64,000 nt of DNA from Neocallimastix sp. 'constans' (GCA_050613775.1 JBODTK010000147.1:124001-188000); one strand, 5' to 3'; positions 29,225 to 46,114 are shown, numbered from the stretch's first letter. Translations and numbers: made by a program. Notes: a model not told the origin generated them from the letters alone.

Positions 29225-29502
29225 ACATACGTTTCCACTAACACTTGAAGCATCAACAAAACCAATTGGAGTATCAGTATCTGGTGTTAAACCAAAACAT
29301 TTAATCATCTTTGTAAGGAATCTTGCAATTTTTCCTAAAACTTGAATATTGGCTTCCTTCTTTTGTTGACTCTTTTGAGAAATATAGACATTAACCTTAG
29401 AAATAAGATCAAGCATGGATTGAATTGCAGTAACAGTGTCAAAGTTATCGCATAAAGAAGTGTTAACAGCATTTTGAGTTTGAATTAAACTAAATATTTA
29501 CA

Positions 29503-29561
<59 letters not shown>

Positions 29562-30342
29562 TAAAAATAAAAAATAAATAAGAAAACATTAATATAATTA
29601 TTTTTTTATAATTTAATATATTTATTTATTTTCAATTAATAATAATTATCTTTATTTTTTTTTTTTTTTTTTTTTTTTATATATATACTTTTTAAATAAA
29701 TCATCTTCTAAGTTAGTGTAATTGTTATCAGTAGTAAATTCCTTAACTTTATTCTTTTGTTCATTAATAATAGCTTTAACATTAACAAAGAAATTCTATA
29801 ATATGGAAAGTAAACATCATAAATTAAAATCAATTAAAAAAAAATAATATCAAAAAAAAAATTTTTTTTTAAGATAATATTTATATATAATTTTTACATT
29901 AAAGGTTCTTTCAACAGAAATTGCTTCAGTCATAGTACTATCCTTGTAGTCTAAAACACTATCCCAAGAGTGTAATAAGAACATCCATCTAATTTGATTA
30001 GCGGTATAGTTTTTAAGTGCTTCCTATATTGGTTTAAATTTAATATAATTTAAATGTAATTTATTTTTTATTTATATATATATACATATATTAATTTATA
30101 TTATTTTTATTATTATTATTTTAAATATATTTTAAATATATATTTTAAATATTAATATATAAAAGATTTACTTGGATTGTAACAAAGTTCTTTAAACTCT
30201 TAGACATTTTTTGACCATCAATATGTAAATGACCAGCATGAAGGAAATAATTCATCCATTGTTTGTTATTAAAGTGAGCCTTTAATTTAAATTTATCAAT
30301 ATATATTTATATAATTATTAATCATTAAATATTAAAAAATTA

Positions 30343-30430
<88 letters not shown>

Positions 30431-31179
30431 CAAATTAATGATATTAAATTTAATGAATTTGTTGTGAGTTTAATACGAAAAAAATTGTAATAACTCTAAC
30501 AATTTAATCAGAGAATCTCACTTTTTAATATTGGATATTTTAGTGATCGAAATAACTTTTTATCTTCAATATATTTCAATGTATCAAAAATATCCATTTG
30601 TATATATAATAAATGTAATAAAAAAAAAAAAATAATATAATTACTTCAGATTGGGCAATTTCATTATCATGATGTGGGAAAGCTAAATCAATACCACCAC
30701 TGTGAATATCGATATTTGAACCTAAAACTTTACTAGCCATTACAGAGCATTCAATATGCCAACCTGGACGACCCTGAAAATATTTATTATTATTTGTACC
30801 ATAATAATAATATTAATAATATTAATAAAATATAAATAAATATATAATAAATTATTATTTAATCATTAACATAAAAAATTATTTCGTTTTTTTTTTTTTT
30901 ATTTTTTTGTTGCCTTTTTAATTTTAATTTATTTGATATATTTACATATCCCCATGGAGATTCCCATTGTGGTTCTCCTGGTTTCGATTTCTTCCATAAA
31001 GCAAAATCAGCTGGATTCTTCTTACCACTTAACTTAATACCTAATGATCCTTCACCTTCTTCCATTAATTTTGTATCACCTTTTGACCATGGAGCTAATT
31101 TGCAATAATCATGGTTTGGACTGTTATCAAAAGCAACAGTATCGAAGTAAACAGAACCTTCAGATTCATAACTAATAAT

Positions 31180-31236
<57 letters not shown>

Positions 31237-31854
31237 TAAACAATCATTATTCTTATTTTTTAAAAAATATTTTTTGAAACATACCCATAACCATTATCAA
31301 TAATTTTTTGAATAAAGTCAACAATTTCTGGAACAAATTGACTTACACGAGTAACAACATCTGGATTTAAAATCTTTGAATTATATTATATTATATTATA
31401 TTATATTATATTATATTATATTATATTAATATTATTAATAATTATTTATTATTATAGTTAAATTTTGTAATATTATGATTACATTAAGAGCTTTAATATC
31501 CTTGAAAAATTCTCCTTCCCAATAAGCAGCTAATTCACGGAAAACCTTTGGATCAGTAACTTCGGCACCATGCTATTAATCAATTATAATTATTTAAATA
31601 TATTAATTTTATTGCGAAAAAATAATAATACAATTCAACCATTAAATTTATTTTTTAAATTTTTTATTATATATATATATAGAGAGAGAAGGAGCATGAG
31701 CTATATATTTACAATAGCATCTAAAGAAATACCAACAACACCACTAGCAGCTTCAATTAATTCAGCGGCATTTTCCTTAGATACTTGATTATTTTTGATA
31801 TTTTCTTTAGCTTTTTCAATACCTTTGAAAGAGTTGTACTAAAAATATATTTAA

Positions 31855-31887
<33 letters not shown>

Positions 31888-32997
31888 TACATCATTATAT
31901 TCAAATATCAATAAATATTATAAAAATTTAAAAAAATATTTAAATTTATTAAATTTATTAAATATAATAACATACAGCAATATCATAATACATAGAAAGT
32001 TTAGCCCTTTTTTCAAGATTATCTAAAGTTTTAAAATCATCCTTATTAAAATTAGTGATATCATTAATGGAATTAACTTCAGTGTTTTTATTGTTTTTTA
32101 AGAAATCATTAAATTGCTTTTTCATATATTCTAATAAATAATTTTCAACTTCATTAACAAGTTCATTGTTTAATTGATTAGATTGTTCTTTCTTTTGTTT
32201 AACAAGATAGGTTTGACGAGCTCTTAAAATAATCTTTTACATTTATTTTTTTTTATATAAAAATTGAAAATAATTATTAATACATTTATTGAATATTAAA
32301 AATAAATTTCTTTTGTTTTTATTCTGTATTTTATACAGGTAAAAATTTTTTAATAAAATAATATGGTAATAATTAAAACCTTGTCATCAATATCAGTAAC
32401 ATTCATAACATAATTGACATCATAATTGAAATAATCTTGCATAATTCTTCTTAAAATATCAAAAGTAATGAAGGTTCTATATTTATATATTTAAAATATT
32501 TAATTAAAAATAAAATTGTATTATATTAGTTTAAATATTTTAATATTAATATTGTCTATGTGAAATATATATATATATATATATATATATGCATATGTAT
32601 ACCTTGCATGACCCATGTGAGAAGCATCATAAACAGTTGGACCACAACAGTACCAGTTTACTACATTTCCATTAGCTGGAACAAACTCATCCTTTTATAT
32701 ATTTAATATTTAATTAATAATTTAAAAACAATTTCAATTTAAATTTTTATATTATATTTTTAAAGAAAAATTCAATTCAAATGTATAGATATTAATTCAT
32801 TTATATTTAATAAAATTGAATATTAATGCATTAAAGGATAAATATTTTTTTATAGAAATAATTATTATTTTATATTTAAAGAAACAAAAAATAAAAATAT
32901 ATATATATACTTTTTCATGAGTAAAAGTATTAAAAACTTTTAACTTTGGTTGAGTATTTTCTGGTTTATACCAAGTGGGTTGCTTAACTCTTGACAT
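28337..32997 (-). CDS. CARS1: Cytosolic cysteinyl-tRNA synthetase (multi-exon)
   Basis: [18 protein letters not shown] (HIGH-type motif), [74 protein letters not shown] (KMSKS), and a eukaryotic C-terminal extension (WDEKGFPT). Confidence 0.97.
30457..30596 (-). ncRNA. Intronic box H/ACA guide RNA (scaRNA-like), predicted to guide U2 Psi34/35 and U6 Psi40
   Basis: Lies on the sense strand of CysRS intron 30280-30644. Architecture: hairpin 1 (TGGATATTTT/AAAATATCCA), H box ATATTA, hairpin 2 (GTGAG/CTCAC), ACA, then AAT. Pocket pairs GATAC+CACT and TTCTCTG+TCGT fit conserved U2 and U6 sequences at 14 and 16 nt from the boxes. Confidence 0.75.
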
Positions 32998-33093
32998 TTT
33001 ATATATATTAATAGTTATTTAAACTATTTTTTTTTAAAGATTTTACTGTGAAACTTTAAATTTTACTGATTTGTAATTTAATATCTTTAAAAA

Positions 33094-33124
<31 letters not shown>

Positions 33125-33693
33125 TAAGAATTTACTGATTTATGATTGGATAAAGATTAAATATATTGCTTAATATATATCCAATATATTTAATTTTTAT
33201 TTTTAATAAAATTTATAATAAAAATTTCCTTTCATGAACTATACAACACAAATTTGTTAAATATGTATTTTTGAAAAGAAGTTAAAACAAAAATATAAAA
33301 TATAGAGGAACTTTTTAAAAAAAAAAAAAAAGAGAGAGAGAGAAAGAAATAAAAGGACTTAAATAAATAAATATATAAACAAAAAGATATAAAATAATGT
33401 TATAAAAAAATATATAGCAAAGTAAATGACAAAAACATAAATATAAAGGAAAATTTTTCACTTCACAATAATAGTTATATTAAGGTATATATAATAAAAA
33501 ATATATCAATATAATAATTGAGAAAAGTAATTATTTATTCATATTAATTTATTAATTTATTATTTTATAATGGTATAGTCTTTGTTATTATTAATATTAT
33601 TATTATACTATCTATTTATTATTCTATTTTTGTTATTTTATTATTGTTGTTATTATTGTTATTATTTTAATTATAATATTTATAATAAAAAGT

Positions 33694-33747
<54 letters not shown>

Positions 33748-33921
33748 TTTTTTATAAATTTATCAGATAAAATTATATTTATAAATAAATATATATATAT
33801 AAAGAATGTTGAAGTTTTTTTTTTTACATTTTTTATAAATTTATCAGATAAAAATATATTTATAAATAAATATATATATAAGGAATGTTGAAGAATATAT
33901 TTTTTTATAAAAAAACAAATG

Positions 33922-35446
33922 TTAATTTTTTTTCTTATTTTCTGTTTCAGCTGAACTTAAATCAATATTAGATATATCATTCATTTTATTAATTTGTAGC
34001 ATATCCTTTAATCCATTATTTTCATTAATTAAACTTTGAATTAAAAGTTCATTATCATTATCACTCTCCTCACTTACTAATAAAGCTTCTCTTATTACGC
34101 TAATACAACGATTAAACTTTTCTTGTAGTTCTTTATTTTCTTTCATAAGATCTTGAACGTGTTTCTTTTTTATATCATAAAAAAATAAAAATAATAATAA
34201 AATATATATAAAGTTTATCAATATTATTTTACTTATAACTTTACCAAAAAAAAAAAATATATATATATATATAACTTTACCAAAAAAAAAAAAAATATAT
34301 ATATATATATATATTTAAATTTTATCCAAAATAAATAATTTTAAATATATTATTTATATTATTTATGTTTTATTTGTTTTATACCTTTTCTTTAAATATA
34401 TCATTTTCCAATTGAACTTGAAGATTTTGCTTTTCAGATTGCATTGTTTTCTTTAAATAATTTGAATTAAAATAAAATTTATTATTTAATATATTTTAAT
34501 AAGGTTTAATTTTTTTACTATTACTATTATTATTATTTTAATAATAATTTATATATTATTATTATTTTAATAATAATTTATATATTATTATTATTATTTT
34601 AATAACATTTATATATTATTATTTACAGTTTGGAGTCTATATTTATTCATAATAATATCAAGTGTTGATTCATAATCTTTGACAACTTGATTTAGTATTT
34701 GATTTTCTTTTGAAAGATCTATATATTTTTCATCAATATCTTTTGATTTAATATATAAATAAAATATATATAAATAATAAATAATAAAGTAATAAAATTT
34801 ATAAATATAAATTATATTAAGATAAAGTGGTATATAAATTAATTAATTTGAAATTCGAATTAATATTATTTATAAAAGATTATATAAATTTATAAAAAAA
34901 AAACAAAAACCCCTACCTTGTGATGGTCCAACATCTCCAATGGATGGTGATAATGAAGCTGTTGTTGCAATTCTATTTGTTATTGTACCCTAAATCATTA
35001 AGAAAATAATAAAGAAACAAATAAATAAAACATTTCAATTTCTAATTTTAATTTTTAAATAATATTATATTTAAACAAAATTTGTATTTGTATTTTTTTT
35101 TTTTTTTTTTTTTTAAATATAATAAAATATTATGTTCAATACTCTATCATTGCTATTATTATTATATTTAAAAATTATAAAATTGAACATATTTTCTTTT
35201 AAAAAATTATTATAAAATAATATATATTTTTAACATTTCTACTGGATATTCAAATTCATATAAAATAAATATTAAATAATAATAATAATAATAATAATAA
35301 CAATGATAATAATAATAAAAATAAAAAATAAAAAAATAAAATACGTCTAATCTTTCGAGAGTATCCTTTAATGTTTTAGCTGTTTCACTATTATTATCAA
35401 GTAATTTGTTAAGATATTCGACTTTTTGTTCAATTGACGATACCAT
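33922..35446 (-). CDS. SIKE1/FGFR1OP2-family coiled-coil protein (putative STRIPAK subunit), 5 exons
   Basis: Spliced translation includes LSKENQILNQVVKDYESTLDIIMNKYRLQ and LINENNGLKDMLQI. These resemble remembered FGFR1OP2/SIKE blocks (QENKELRTSLEEHQSALELIMSKYREQ; LEQENKGLREILQI). Confidence 0.7.
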
Positions 35447-36191
35447 TTTAATTATTCCTATTTATATTTTCAATTATATTTTATAATTGATGGTATTATT
35501 GTTATTATTATTATTATTATTTAAATTATATAGATAAAATTCTATGACAAAATTCTATTATTTTTATTTTTATTTTTTTTTTATTAAAACATTAATAAAA
35601 AATATAAAATAACATATAAAATAAATAATATTATAAATTTTTATTTGAATATAATAATATTAATATAATAATATAAATATTTTTATTAAAAGTTTAAAAT
35701 ATGAAATTTATTTAATTTTATTTTATTTATTTATTTAATCATATAAAAATTTAATTAAAATATTAATATTTATTAATTAAAAAAATATTTTTTACTAATA
35801 ACTACAATTATTATTAAAAAAAAATAGTTAAGATTTAAAAATGATAATTTAAATTTTATAAAAATGAAATATATACATTTATATATATATAAAGAATTTA
35901 ATTAAAAGTTATGCGAGCTCTGAAATACAATTATAATTATTATTTTTAAATATATAAAAAAGTTTTTTTTTTTTTTTATTTAGTTATATAAATAAAATCA
36001 ATCTAAAAAAAAAAATAAATAAATAAATGAAGTTTAATTATACCCAATTTTTATATCGACTAAATTAAATTAATTTATAAATTGATAAAATAGAGATTAA
36101 AAAAAAAAAGCAATCAAAAAAAAGAAAGAAAAAGAAAAAAAAGAAAAAGTTGTAATATTCAATATATTTATTCTCAAAATTTAATAGATAA

Positions 36192-37888
<1,697 letters not shown>

Positions 37889-37978
37889 TATCTATGGACC
37901 ATTTTTTTTAAATTAAAAAAAGGATAAAATAGATAAAGATAGTTAAAATCTATACTACGATAAATATATATATATTTT

Positions 37979-38025
<47 letters not shown>

Positions 38026-38062
38026 ATCTATTAAAAAATATAAAATATAAAATAATTATATC

Positions 38063-38094
<32 letters not shown>

Positions 38095-38193
38095 CATATC
38101 CATTAAAAATATCTATTATATCTATTGACTTAATATCTATTTTACTTAATAAATATATATATATATATTTTTATATCTTTTCTTTATTCTTTT

Positions 38194-38224
<31 letters not shown>

Positions 38225-38560
38225 CATTTTTACATTTTTACAAATTTATTTTTCTTTTTTCCTTTTTTTTTTTTTTTTACTTCTTTTTAATTAATAGATA
38301 TTTCTTCTTTTTTTTTTTTTTATCCATTATACATGTATCGTAAACTAGGATTACCCAATTTATTCTGTTTTTAATAAAATAAAAATAAAAATAAAGTAAA
38401 AAATAAAATTTTTAATTTAAAATATACAAATAAAGAAAAGTAATTCTATTTTAAAAAAAAAAAAAAAAAAATCTTTTTTTTTTTTTTTTGTCTTTGTTTC
38501 TGTTTATATTTATTTTATTATTTTATAATTTATTACTTATTAATTTATTATTTATTATTA

Positions 38561-38601
<41 letters not shown>

Positions 38602-38769
38602 TTTTAATCGTTTAATGAATTTTTAGATTTATAAAATTAAAAAAAATATATTGAAATTAAAAATAAAATTTTTGAAATTATATAAAAAATATATATATAG
38701 ATAAGACAAAAAAAAAAAAAAATATTGTATATATATATATATATATATAGAATAAAAGTAATAGATAAG

Positions 38770-38800
<31 letters not shown>

Positions 38801-39121
38801 TATTAAAATTAAAATAAAATAAAATAATGATAATTCTTATAATTTGTAGATATTATTATTAAATATTAATTAGTATTATTATTAACTATAAATATTAATG
38901 ATTTAAATATTAATAATTAATGATGAATGATTAATTATTATATATTATCATTATATATTATTATATTATTTATTATTATATTAATATTACAAATTATTAT
39001 AACATTAATATAATATTATTAAATATTAGTAATAAATTAATAATTAAATTATTAATTTTCTTTTTTCTTTTTTCTTTATAAATATAATTAATTAATTATT
39101 TACAAAAAAAGAAAAAAATAA

Positions 39122-41101
39122 TTATTCTGATAAATTAGATAATTCATCCTCTTCTAATAGATCAATCATATCTTCACCATTTATATGATCACTTATTTCA
39201 TCATCATCATCCAAGAAATGATTTTCAAAAATAATTTTTGTTTCTTTATTATCCATGTTTATATTATCATCGTCTTCATTATCTGGTATTAACTGTTTCT
39301 GTTGACTTAACATTTGGAATTCATGATCATCTCTATAATATCTCTTACGAATATATCTCCATAATATAAAGATTATTCCAGCAACACTTACAATACCTAT
39401 TGTAAATTCAGCAGCAACGATCGCTTTATGTGTTCTTTCATAATTAATTCCTTTATTATCACCTGGTGAATTAACAAGTGAATCATTATTATCTTCTGAT
39501 TTTTCTGATGATACTTCATCATTATTTTGATTTGATGTGCTTGGTTTTTCATTCACCTCAGATTTTTTTTCTTCTGTTGTCTTCTTATCTTTACTCGTCT
39601 TATCCTCATCTTCCTCTTTACTTTCTCCATCTATTTCTTCTCCCCATAAAATTAAGGTCCAATCAATTAATTTTCCTTTTGATTTGCTTTTAAGTTTATT
39701 TTGAGCTCTAATAGTCCATACACCAACAGGGTCTTCATCCCTAATCGTATTAATAAAAAAAAAAAAAAATAATAATAACAATAATTAATAATAATAAATA
39801 ATAATAAATAATAATTATTAATAATTATTAATAATTAATAATTAATAGAAAATAATAATTAATTAAATTATTTCGATTAAATAAATATTTTATTTACCAG
39901 TGTTTAACAGACATAAAATTCCAATTAACAAATCCATCTTCACTTGCATCTTTTTTCCGTAAGGTGGCAATATTAGAAACAAGGCCATGTGGAGAAATTA
40001 AATCTATTTTAACATCACCACGTCGCTGATGTTCCAAATTAACTCTTACATTCACATGTTCTAAATGTTTAAATTTTTTAACATGATCTGGTGTAATTTC
40101 TATTGTAGAATTTACGGGTTCATGGCCTACAATGGGTTTATTCACTTTTTGAACTTCAGATTCATAAGATGTTTGACCATTAAGTAATTTAAAAGTTTTA
40201 GCATTTTTTACAAGAATTTCAGTATCAAGTTTACCATAACCAAATTTATGATTAAATTTTCTATTATTTACTGTATCGACCCAATCAGGATCATCTAATG
40301 TCACTGGAACAGCTGATTCAATAACTAATCTTTGAAGATCTCTCCATGTTAATTCAGGTCTTAACATTAAATAAAAAAAAATAAAATTTTAAATAATATT
40401 TTATTTTATATTTCAAATAATTTTTTAATAATTTTTTAAAAAATAATTATTTATTATCATATTTAAAATAGAAATAAATAAATAAATAAATAATAAAAAA
40501 ATATATATTTATATATTTAAAATATCATTGATAATTGTTAGTATTATTATTATTATTATTATTATATATTATTATTATTATTATTATAATTACTATTATT
40601 GTTATTATTATTACTATTATTATATAAATACCTAGCACTTAAAACTAATGCAAATATACCAGCGGCTATTGGGGCAGCAGCTGATGTTCCACCATGTCGA
40701 CTAGTACATAGTGGATTAGATAGATTACCAATGGATACGTCCGTTGTTGTCTTTAATTAATTTTTTTTTTTTTTTTTTTTTTTTTAATATTATTATTATT
40801 AGTTATAATATATTTCAAATAAAAATAAATATATAAATTAGACAAATATTAATAAAATAATATATATATATATATATATATAGTAATTCATATATTCGAG
40901 TTATCTTAATATGAAAAGTTGGAATTATTTAACCATTACTAACAATTTGTTTAGATGAGCCGCTACTATAAGTAACAGCTATTTGAGCCGAACATGGTTC
41001 CGAATAGGGTGGATGTTTATTTTTGCTGTCTATTGCACCAATAGAAATAGTATATATACTATTGGTGTATCCATCAAAATTACTATTTTAATAATAATGA
41101 A

Positions 41102-41140
<39 letters not shown>

Positions 41141-41900
41141 AATAAATAAATAAATAAAATTAAAAATAAAACAAGAATTAATAAAATGATAATGATAATA
41201 ATAAATTATATTTTATATATGTATTAATAATTATATATATATATATATTTATATATTCATAATATTAATTATTTAATACTTAAAATTTTATATTATTTAA
41301 AATGAATATATAAATAGCATACCAATTATCCTCATAAATTCCACCATTACCAGTAGCAAATACATAAATTGAACCCTTTTTATCTCTACCTTTCTCAACA
41401 CCATTTTTAAATGCTTTGGCTACTAGAGTACTTGGACCTTCACAAGTTTTACCATCATCCGGTGGACCCCAACTACACGAATAGATATGGTTTTCTTGAA
41501 ATTTGAAATTCAATGAAGCTGCTTCATCTGCTTCTGTTAAAGATCCCGATAAAATTCGTACTCCTGATACACCAGCATCAAAAGCTATACCTACACCACA
41601 AGCATCATTAATTGCAGCAGCTACTTGGCCTGCACATCTAGTTCCATGAGTATCATCATATAAGGTTGGAACAGGTAATCTATGATGTTCATTATAATCA
41701 TATGAACCTTCCTTAAACTGTAAATAAATTAATAGATTTAATAATATAATATATATGAAATATACAGATTTTTTATAAATTATGCCAATTTTAATTACTT
41801 ATTTAAACTTTTTTTTATAAAAAAAAAAATTACAGTACTAAATTTAAGTAAAAAAAATAATAGTAATAATAATAACAATAATAATAATAATAATAATAAC

Positions 41901-41978
<78 letters not shown>

Positions 41979-42822
41979 AATAAATAAATAAATAATATTG
42001 AATTATACATACGAAATTTTTTACTAAATCTGGATGTTCATAGTCCAAACCATCATCGATAATACACACATTAATCCCTTTACCAGTAATTCCTTTTTAA
42101 ATAATTAATAAATTTATTTTTTTTTTTTAATGAATTAATAACATTATTTCATAATATTATTAGCATTATTTTTAACATTTTTCAGCATTTACCTTGTAAC
42201 CATACTGGTACTACATTAATATCATTACCTTCTTCTGAATGATCTCGATTATACTATATTTTAATAAATATAAATATTAATAATAAAGATTATTAATTAT
42301 TAATTATTATTAATTATTAGTTATTAATTATTAATTAAATATTAAATATTAAATATTACTAATTAAAATATTAAAATTCTTAAGTATATATATATGTATA
42401 CTAACTAAATGCCATTGATTATGAAATTCAGGGTCTGTAATATTTAATGTTGAAAGCCCTGGAATTTCATCATCTCTTTTAAATAAATGTTGAAGTTTTT
42501 CTTGTTCATTAAACCATTTAACATTGGTTTCATTTTTAAAAATAAAATTATATTCTGAAAGTTGGTCTTCCAATCTTTTAAATTTATTTTTTCTCTTTGA
42601 AAAAGTATAATGCCCTTTTAGTTCACCAATTTGACCTTCAGATACAAAACCAAGGGATTTTGCTAATTTTTCAGCTCTCTTATCTATAGATGATTTTGAT
42701 TCCTTATCTAAATAATCTATTTCTACGGAGTAATATAAGTTATTTTCAAAATTGGGAACAAATCCATAGGTACCGATAGTAAATAATGAATTTAATAATA
42801 ATAAAATTCTTTTCTTCTCCAT
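39122..42822 (-). CDS. KEX2: Kexin/Kex2 subtilisin-like proprotein convertase (multi-exon)
   Basis: Signal peptide; propeptide ending LFKR; catalytic motifs IIDDGLD, THGTRCAG, ATGNGG and HGGTSAAAP; P-domain (EHQRRGDV, WNFMSVKHW); transmembrane helix; acidic cytosolic tail. Confidence 0.96.
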
Positions 42823-45800
42823 TTTAAATAAAAAATAAAAAAAAAAAAAAAATTACTTTATTTTGAAAAATGTCAATAGAGTTTATTTATTATCCTTTTT
42901 TTTTATATACATATGTTATTCAATAATTATTAATCTTATACCTTCATTTATAATAAAACTATAGATATAAAAATTAACACAAAGGTACAAAATAACTAAT
43001 TTATTTATTTATTTGTTTGTTTGTTTTAGAAATTTGTTGTTTTATATACTTTTTTAATATACAATATTTTAATATTTATGAGTTATAAATAAATAAATAC
43101 TATTAAAAATATTAAAGTAAATCAAAATGAGAAAAATAGATTTCAAATGATTTTGCATTAAACATTTATTTATTAATTTTTATATTTCTTCTAAAGCGAA
43201 TTTATTTCTTTATTTTGAAATTTTTGATATAAAAAAAAAAGTTTTAAAATTTTATAATAATAAAATTTATCATAGAATTGTATGTTGATTCAAATTCAAA
43301 TATTTATATAAAATAAAATCATTTATTAGAATTTTTATTTACTTATAATATTGTTTTCATTCAATGAAAAAATAATAATAATGGTAGTAATAATAAATAA
43401 ATTAAAAAAAATAAATTTGAAATTTAATTTTAAATTTCAATTTTAAATTTCAATTTTAAACTGATGCCTCTTTAAAAAAAATAATATTTATATAATATAA
43501 TTTTAGTTTTTTAAATTATTAAATTTTATTATTTTATAAACAAATAAAATTTACTCTTAAAATTGATATTTATATTTATAAATAGGATATTAATAAATAT
43601 ATTGAAATTCTTTCAAAAATTGAATATTTGTGATTTTATATGTATATATATTGTTATAATAGATATTTATTCATAAGAGGTTTTTTTTAAATATTTGATT
43701 TTGTTTATTTTGTATTTTGTTTTCTTTCCATCGGTATTTTTATTTTATTTTCTGTTAATAAGTAATATTATTATTTTAATTATGTTCTTATATTATATTT
43801 ATTAAGTTCTGTTATAATAATAATAATAATAAAAAAAAAAAAAAAAAAAAAAAGAATAAAAATTAAAAAATATCAATATTTATTTTAAGAAAAATAAAAT
43901 AAAATAAAAAAAAATAAAATGAAATAAAATAAATTATTTATTTATTAATTAATTAATTAATTAATTAATTAATTATTAAAAATATATATATTTTATATAA
44001 TAAACTCTAATTAATAATAAAAAAATTTTTATTTTTACTTTATTTTTTATTTTTTTTATTTTATTTTTTAAATTAATTTAATGAAATTATTTTCATTTCT
44101 TTTTTTATGGATGAAAAATACTTTATAAATATTATAATTATTATAATTAATTATTATTTATTATTTATTATAAATAAATAATTATTATTAAATATTATAA
44201 TTATTCTATAATAAATAAATAAATAATAAATAAATAATAAATAATAAATAAATAAATAAATAAATATAAAAAAAAAAGTATATAAAACATTAATTTTAAT
44301 AATATTTATTATAAATGAAAAGTTATCACTCTTTACTTTTTATTTTCATTATTAATGTTTCTTTTTTTCCTTTTTTTCTTTTTTCTTTTTTTAATAAAAA
44401 TTGATATTCACAAGTATTTATATATTATATATATGATTGATATATTAACTAATATGAATAAATTAATAAAGTAAAAAGATTTTTAACTTTTCATTTAAAT
44501 ATAATATTAAAGTAATAATATTCTCATAAATAAAAAAACTAAAAAGAATTCTTGCTACCGTTATGATAACAAAATGAATAAGCAAGAAATGAAAATAGAG
44601 GTGTTTAATAAATTTAAACAATTAAAAAATAATTTTATTTTTTCAAATTTTTATAAATTTAATAATAATTAAATTTATTTTATAATAGAAAAGTTATTAA
44701 ATTTAATCATAATTAAAGGTTATATAATTATTAAATAGTAAAAATACCATATATTTAATGAAATATGTTAAGTAATTCAAATAATAATACATTAAAATGT
44801 TATAAATTTTATATTGTATTAACTTGTACAATAGTATAAATCAATGAATTATATGTAATTTTTATATTTGAGTCTTTTTATTATAAAAATTAAGAAATAT
44901 AAAAATTAGTTAATATAATAATATAATATATAATCATATTTACTGTGTGTCATTTTAGTATGACTCCTCATAATATTTAAGAGTCTCATTCGATATGAGA
45001 CTAATTTTATATTTTATTTAACTAAAATTCTTTTGTTATATTAATATCTATGTTAAATTAATGATATGATAGTTAATTATTTAATATATATAATTATTAA
45101 ATATATGAAACTCACGTGTTAAATATTTATAATAACTATAACTATACCATTAAATATATATCAAAATATATATTAATCACGTGATATATATTGTATGCTG
45201 TTTTATGCTAAAATTAGTAGAAACTAGTATGCAAATAATATAAGCATTATCATATTCAATTAATCAATAATATCAATACATGCACAATATATATAAAACA
45301 GCATAGAAATTGCAATATAATATAGCTATAATAATATTTCTATATTTTATATTTTATATTTTATATTTTATATATTTTATATATTTTATATTTTATATAT
45401 TTTATAATTTATATTACATTATTTTTTATACTTAATATTTTATATTTTATATTTAAATTATATTTCTATATTTTTCATGGTAAATGTATAATGTACAATG
45501 TATAATGTACATTTACATTTACTTTTTGTGTATTATTTATTTTACTTGTATTATTTTATTATGATATTAATTTACGTAACATACAACGAATCATGTTTTC
45601 TATTGCTAATACATTACATTATTTTATTACATTCAACATTATTCAACAATTATTTATTATAAAATAATATCAATTATATATGTCCAATCCAATATTTCAA
45701 AATTTCGTATCTATATCTAAATCTATATAGAATATCTTAAAATATACTCTAAACGTATATATCACAACAGTATTTATATATAATTATCTTACATATATAT

Positions 45801-46080
45801 TATAAATATTTTATATATATAGTATTAATTTTTATATAAAAATAATTTCAATATTGGAACAATTACAAGGCTTAAGTAAAAAGTATGATCATCATCTATA
45901 CTACAACATTATAATAGAAAGGAAATAATAAAAAAAAAAAGTCACATATCATATAGTTTCTTATTTAATACATTTCATATATATTTCACAAAAATATAAT
46001 ATATAATACATAATTTTAAAATAAACTTCCTTTTTATAACAGTTATTATAAATAATGCATATATTTCTTTTTATCATTCA

Positions 46081-46114
<34 letters not shown>

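Noticed and set aside
33735..33905. ~80-bp direct duplication downstream of the SIKE-like gene
   Set aside because: A real but ordinary local slippage duplication, with no sign of function.
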